From the NCBI GenBank assembly GCA_903888485.1, contig CAISTS010000057.1:9202-73201 (forward strand): DNA of 64,000 nucleotides. The letters are read 5' to 3'. The stretch is from an uncultured bacterium (GTDB lineage Bacteria > Pseudomonadota > Alphaproteobacteria > Rhodospirillales > Rhodospirillaceae). The notes beneath the pieces are model-generated. The model did no database searches and had not been told where the DNA came from. It saw nothing but the letters and a program-made list of their open reading frames with translations. The position numbers and the translations under genes were made by a program. Positions within the stretch are counted from its first letter, which is position 1. Each line of letters opens with the position of its first letter. Below, piece by piece: positions 60,022 through 64,000 of the stretch.

Positions 60022-61357
60022 ACATCTTCTTCTCGCCGCCACACTTGCCGCGTCTTTTACGGCGCAGGCCAAGGATGCCGATCCCGCAAAACTAAGAGCA
60101 CTCGAGAAACAGCTCGAGCAGACCGAGGCCGAACGCAAGCGGCTCGAGGACGCAGCGGTCTTATCGGCGGGCGCGCTCGAAGCCATCCGCACCGACATGA
60201 TCGCCGCGGCGAAGGAGATTCAGGACCAGGAGCGCTCGCTCACGGTGTTGGAAGCGCGCGTGGCCGAACTCGAGCGCGTAGGCGCGCGCATGACCCAAAC
60301 GCTCGGCCGCCGTGATGCGCAGATGGTGGATGTGCTGCTGGCGCTTGAACGTCTCGCGCTCCGCCCCACCGATGCGCTGACCTTGAGCCCGCTTGCACCG
60401 AGCGATGCCGTGCGCAGCGCTATCCTGTTGCGTTCAGCCATTCCCCACATCAAGCAATCCTCCGCCACGCTGCAGGGCGAGCTCAAGGAGCTCTACCGCG
60501 TGCGTGCCGAAGCCCTCGCACGCAAGGAGGAGGCCACCACCGCCACCGCCGCGCTCGCCCAAAAGCACGCGCGGCTCGACGCGCTGATCAAAGAACGCGA
60601 GCAGCGCCACGGCGTGATCCTCGCCAAGGGCGAGGACGCGGCGCTGCGCATGGACCGCGTAGCCCGCGAAGCCGAGGACTTGCGTGCGTTGTTCGCCAAG
60701 CTCGCCGAGGAAAAGGCGCGCCGCGAGGAAGCCGAACGCGTCGCCCGCGCCGCGGCCGAGAAGGAAAAACGCGAGAATGCGGAGAAACTCGCCGCCGCGA
60801 AGGCTGCCGCTGAGGCGCGGCTGAAGGCCGAGGCCAAGCCCGCCGAGGCCGGACCCCCGAGTCCCCCCAAACCACCGGAACAACAGCTCGCCAGCCTGCC
60901 GCCGACTGTGCCGCCAGGCGGTGAAGAACCTGTAACCCGCTCCTTCGCCAAAGCCCGGGGCACCATGCCCTTTCCCGTGGCGGGCGCGCTGTCCCAGCGC
61001 TACGGCGTGGCCACGCAAGCGGCGGGAGAGGCTGGTTTATTGGCCAAAGGCATCACCATCACCGCTCGCCCGAGCGCTCAGGTTGTGGCGCCGTTTGATG
61101 GATTGGTGGCCTTCGCCGGGCCCTTTCGCGGCTATGGGCAACTCTTGATCATCGAACATAGCGAGGGATATCATACGCTTCTGGCCGGTTTAGGACATAT
61201 CGACGCGACTGTTGGACAACGTGTCTTAGCTGGTGAGCCCGTCGGCGTGATGGAGAATCAAGGCGCACCAGCGCTGTACGTCGAATTGCGCCGCGACGGA
61301 CAACCGATCAATCCCCTTCCCTGGCTCGCCGACCGCGCCGGAAAGAACAACGGATAA
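59996..61357 (+). CDS. EnvC-like murein hydrolase activator (coiled coil + degenerate LytM/M23 domain)
   Basis: GTG start overlapping gpmI by 26 nt. Signal peptide and long coiled coil. The C-terminal LytM domain has ALYVELR in place of the catalytic HxH-type LHFEIR. Confidence 0.8.
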   Translation: MPRSVPRLKHLLLAATLAASFTAQAKDADPAKLRALEKQLEQTEAERKRLEDAAVLSAGALEAIRTDMIAAAKEIQDQERSLTVLEARVAELERVGARMTQTLGRRDAQMVDVLLALERLALRPTDALTLSPLAPSDAVRSAILLRSAIPHIKQSSATLQGELKELYRVRAEALARKEEATTATAALAQKHARLDALIKEREQRHGVILAKGEDAALRMDRVAREAEDLRALFAKLAEEKARREEAERVARAAAEKEKRENAEKLAAAKAAAEARLKAEAKPAEAGPPSPPKPPEQQLASLPPTVPPGGEEPVTRSFAKARGTMPFPVAGALSQRYGVATQAAGEAGLLAKGITITARPSAQVVAPFDGLVAFAGPFRGYGQLLIIEHSEGYHTLLAGLGHIDATVGQRVLAGEPVGVMENQGAPALYVELRRDGQPINPLPWLADRAGKNNG

Positions 61358-61393
61358 AATTTTGCGGGTCGCACATTCAAACCGGACGGTGAC

Positions 61394-62779
61394 ATGCCTA
61401 TGCGCTTGAAACTCCTCGCCAGCGTCGCACTCACAGCCTTCGCGCTGACTTCCGTACCGGTGCTGGCCGGGGAAGCCGCCAAGAGTACGGGCAAGTTCGG
61501 TGACGACACTTATAAATATCTCGAGCTGTTCGGCGATGTGTTCGAGCGCGTGCGCAAGGACTACGTCGAGGAGGTCTCAGATCAAGAGCTGCTCGAGAAC
61601 GCCATCAACGGCATGCTCACCTCGCTCGATCCGCACTCTGGCTACATGCCCGCGAAGGGCACCCAGGAGATGCAGGAACAGATGCGCGGTGAATTCGGCG
61701 GCCTCGGCATTGAAGTCACTATGGAAGGCGGCATCGTCAAGGTGGTATCGCCCATCGACGATACACCGGCAAGCCGCGCGGGCGTGCAGCCCGGCGACTA
61801 CATCATTGCCATCGATGGCAAGCCCGCCATTGGCCTGACGCTCAACGAAGCCGTCGACAAGATGCGCGGACCCATCAACAGCAGCATTGTCGTCACGTTG
61901 CGCCGCGCCGGCGTCGATCCCTTCGACGTCAAGCTGACGCGCGCCGTGATCAAGGTGCAGTCGGTCAGCAGCCGCGCCGAAGGCGACGTCGGCTACATCC
62001 GTCTTTCGGGTTTCACCGAACAGACTCAGCCCGGCCTCGATGCCGCCATCAAAAAGCTGAAGACCACCATCGGTCCCGAGAAGATCAAAGGCTACGTCGT
62101 CGACCTGCGCAACAATCCGGGCGGTTTGCTCGATCAGGCGGTGTCGGTGTCCGACACCTTCCTCGACCGCGGCGAGATCGTCTCGACGCGTTCGCGCCGC
62201 GCCGAAGAGACGCAGCGCTACAACGCCAAGCCGGGCGATGCCACCGAGGGCAAGCCCATCGTGGTGCTGATCAACGACGGCTCGGCCTCGGCTTCGGAGA
62301 TCGTCGCCGGCGCGCTGCAGGATCACGGCCGTGCCATCCTTCTCGGCACCAAAAGCTTCGGCAAAGGCTCGGTGCAGACCATCATCCCGCTGGCGCGTGG
62401 CGAAAGCGCCATGCGCCTGACCACCGCGCGTTACTTCACGCCGAGCGGCCGTTCGATCCAGGCCAAAGGGGTCGAGCCGGACATCGAAGTCCAACCCGCG
62501 AAGGTCGAGACTCTCGCCACCAACGGCTTCCGCCGCGCCGAAGGCGACCTCAAGGGCGCGCTGACCAATCCGGACGATAAGAACAAGCCGATCGATCCCT
62601 TGGCCAAGCCCGATCCGAAAGCCGCGCCGCCGGCGGCACCCCCCGCGCCCGGCGCCAATGCCGATCCGGACAAGAAGCCGGACGAGAAGCAAGCGGCCGC
62701 GGACCAGGACTATCAGCTGCGCCGCGCGCTCGATCTTTTGGCGGGCATCGCGCTCTACCAGCGCGCGTCGCTGAAGTAA
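61394..62779 (+). CDS. ctpA: S41-family carboxy-terminal processing protease
   Basis: PDZ region GGLGIEV, catalytic GSASASEIVAGALQD, and FGKGSVQT. Confidence 0.9.
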   Translation: MPMRLKLLASVALTAFALTSVPVLAGEAAKSTGKFGDDTYKYLELFGDVFERVRKDYVEEVSDQELLENAINGMLTSLDPHSGYMPAKGTQEMQEQMRGEFGGLGIEVTMEGGIVKVVSPIDDTPASRAGVQPGDYIIAIDGKPAIGLTLNEAVDKMRGPINSSIVVTLRRAGVDPFDVKLTRAVIKVQSVSSRAEGDVGYIRLSGFTEQTQPGLDAAIKKLKTTIGPEKIKGYVVDLRNNPGGLLDQAVSVSDTFLDRGEIVSTRSRRAEETQRYNAKPGDATEGKPIVVLINDGSASASEIVAGALQDHGRAILLGTKSFGKGSVQTIIPLARGESAMRLTTARYFTPSGRSIQAKGVEPDIEVQPAKVETLATNGFRRAEGDLKGALTNPDDKNKPIDPLAKPDPKAAPPAAPPAPGANADPDKKPDEKQAAADQDYQLRRALDLLAGIALYQRASLK

Positions 62780-62901
62780 CGTCCTGCGCCTTAAGGCCAA
62801 CGCGACGCCTTAAGGGGGTATTAACAGGTCGCCCCTAAAACGAGAGTGGGGCAAACTGTGAGCCGTTGCCATGAAGTGGCCGCGGCAACCTGGAGGAATG
62901 C

Positions 62902-64000
62902 ATGGGCCTGCGCGATCTCTTCCGCCGCGGCGACAGCGTGAAAGACCCGTTCGGGGGCGATGAGGGCTTCGACGGTGAATCGCGTTTCGCCGGCCAGGGT
63001 CCCAAGATCGCGCTCATCGCCAGCGGCGCGTTGTTCCTCGCGCTCATGGGCGGCGTCGCCGCCATTGTTCTCACCGGTGAAGAAGCCCCGCCACCCGTCA
63101 TCGGCAGCCTCGCCGATCTCGAAATTGTCGAAGACGAAGCCGCACCCGCTGCACCGGGCCCTGCCGCTGCCCCGGCGGTCGCCGACGCCACCCCCGCCAC
63201 GGATCGTTCCATTGACCGCCGTCCCTGGCTAACGGCGAACGCACCGCCGGCGGCCGCTCCGCCCGCGCGCGTCGGTGTGAATGAAGCCAAGCCGGCTGCG
63301 CCCGCCGCGAAGCCCGCCACTCCGCCGGTTGCTCCACCAGCCGCCAAAGCTGCTGCACCTGCTCCGGCTGCCGCTCCGGCGCCGCCGGCTGCAAAAGTGA
63401 CCGCCCAAACAGCGATGCCCGCCGTCGGCGCGACCATCGCGCCGCTGCCCCCGCCGCCGCCCAAGGTCGCAACACCCGCTGCTCCGCCACCGGCCGCCAA
63501 GCCGGTTGAAAGCAAAGTTGCGGTTGTGACGCCGCCGGCCGCACCAGCACCTGCTGCGTCCGCGGCAACGCCCGCAACTCCAGCTCCAGCCCCTGCCGCC
63601 AAACCCGCCATTATCGAACCTGAGCCGGAAGAAACGCCTGACCCTACGCAAGATATTGCCGGCATTCCGGCATTGCGTGCCGCCGAGGAAGCCCCCGGCG
63701 CGCCGCGCCGCTTCGGTGCGCCTGCGGGCGATGGCGGCCCCGCCATCGCCGGTGGCCGTCCGCGCCTGATCGAACCGCCGCTGCCGCCCACCGACAAGAT
63801 CGCCATCGCCGCGCCGCCGCCGCGCTACGCGAACCTGACCGACATCAAAGCCGATGCCGCGCCGCCCGCCGCCTCAGGCGCAACCACCACCAAGATCGCT
63901 TTCATCGTCGAAGGCATGGGCCTGTCGGCCACCGCCACCGACGCCGCCATCAACAAACTGCCGCCGCAAGTGACTTTGGCTTTCAGTCCCTATTCGCGCG
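62902..64000 (+). CDS. divergent polysaccharide deacetylase (YibQ-like) protein, 3'-truncated by the window edge
   Basis: GGAGGA is followed 4 nt later by ATG 62902. I read the frame codon by codon to 64000 and found no stop. It has an N-terminal TM helix, an approximately 220-aa Pro/Ala-rich linker, then KIAFIVEGMGLSATATDAAINKLPPQVTLAFSPYSR. Not in the ORF track because it has no stop in the window. Confidence 0.75.
   Translation, partial: MGLRDLFRRGDSVKDPFGGDEGFDGESRFAGQGPKIALIASGALFLALMGGVAAIVLTGEEAPPPVIGSLADLEIVEDEAAPAAPGPAAAPAVADATPATDRSIDRRPWLTANAPPAAAPPARVGVNEAKPAAPAAKPATPPVAPPAAKAAAPAPAAAPAPPAAKVTAQTAMPAVGATIAPLPPPPPKVATPAAPPPAAKPVESKVAVVTPPAAPAPAASAATPATPAPAPAAKPAIIEPEPEETPDPTQDIAGIPALRAAEEAPGAPRRFGAPAGDGGPAIAGGRPRLIEPPLPPTDKIAIAAPPPRYANLTDIKADAAPPAASGATTTKIAFIVEGMGLSATATDAAINKLPPQVTLAFSPYSR

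Noticed and set aside
62835-63806. 323-aa Ala/Gly-rich minus-strand ORF at the right edge
   Set aside because: It is the antisense of the Pro/Ala-rich linker of the plus-strand yibQ-like gene. That gene has an SD, a TM helix and a recognisable C-terminal domain.

Overview
This is a GC-rich window (about two-thirds G+C by eye, not computed). Gene content and synteny look like a core chromosomal region of an alphaproteobacterium. I support about 65 protein genes, one tRNA-Arg(ACG), one small SRP (4.5S) RNA, two clear rho-independent terminators, three sigma-70-like promoters and one REP-like intergenic palindrome cluster.

The housekeeping blocks are:
- macA-macB-NodT efflux operon; msrA plus a GFA-family gene; ilvA
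- matB plus a fadE-like dehydrogenase; panC-panB
- rpmH-rnpA-yidD-yidC-engB-argB; dapD-dapE
- def-fmt-GNAT-truA; rmuC; ffs-dnaX-ybaB-recR
- gpmI, envC-like, ctpA and a yibQ-like gene that runs off the right edge

Four genes are my own reads because the ORF track omits them (under 60 aa or no stop in the window): rpmH, the yibQ-like ORF, the left-edge fragment, and several micro-ORFs. I see no transposase, integrase, phage gene, CRISPR array, toxin-antitoxin pair or recognisable defence system. Many very long ORFs in the track are antisense shadows typical of high-GC DNA.

The least ordinary locus is 50640-54581. It holds a 989-aa cytoplasmic fusion of a fatty-acyl-AMP-ligase-like adenylase, a carrier domain and an SGNH/DltD-like domain. 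This gene sits tail-to-tail with a stand-alone paralogue of the SGNH-like domain, in which the presumed nucleophile Ser is Gly.

Secondary oddities:
- a CheY-like receiver with Glu at the phospho-acceptor position and an Arg-rich tail
- a MoaD-like Gly-Gly protein paired with an Asp-box beta-propeller
- a fadE-like gene split by one in-frame TAA
- an NAD-type dehydrogenase with a signal peptide
- an ABC exporter coupled to a GST
- several SD-preceded micro-ORFs
- four convergent gene pairs sharing a CTAG double stop

All family assignments come from motif reading by eye. No database search was run.
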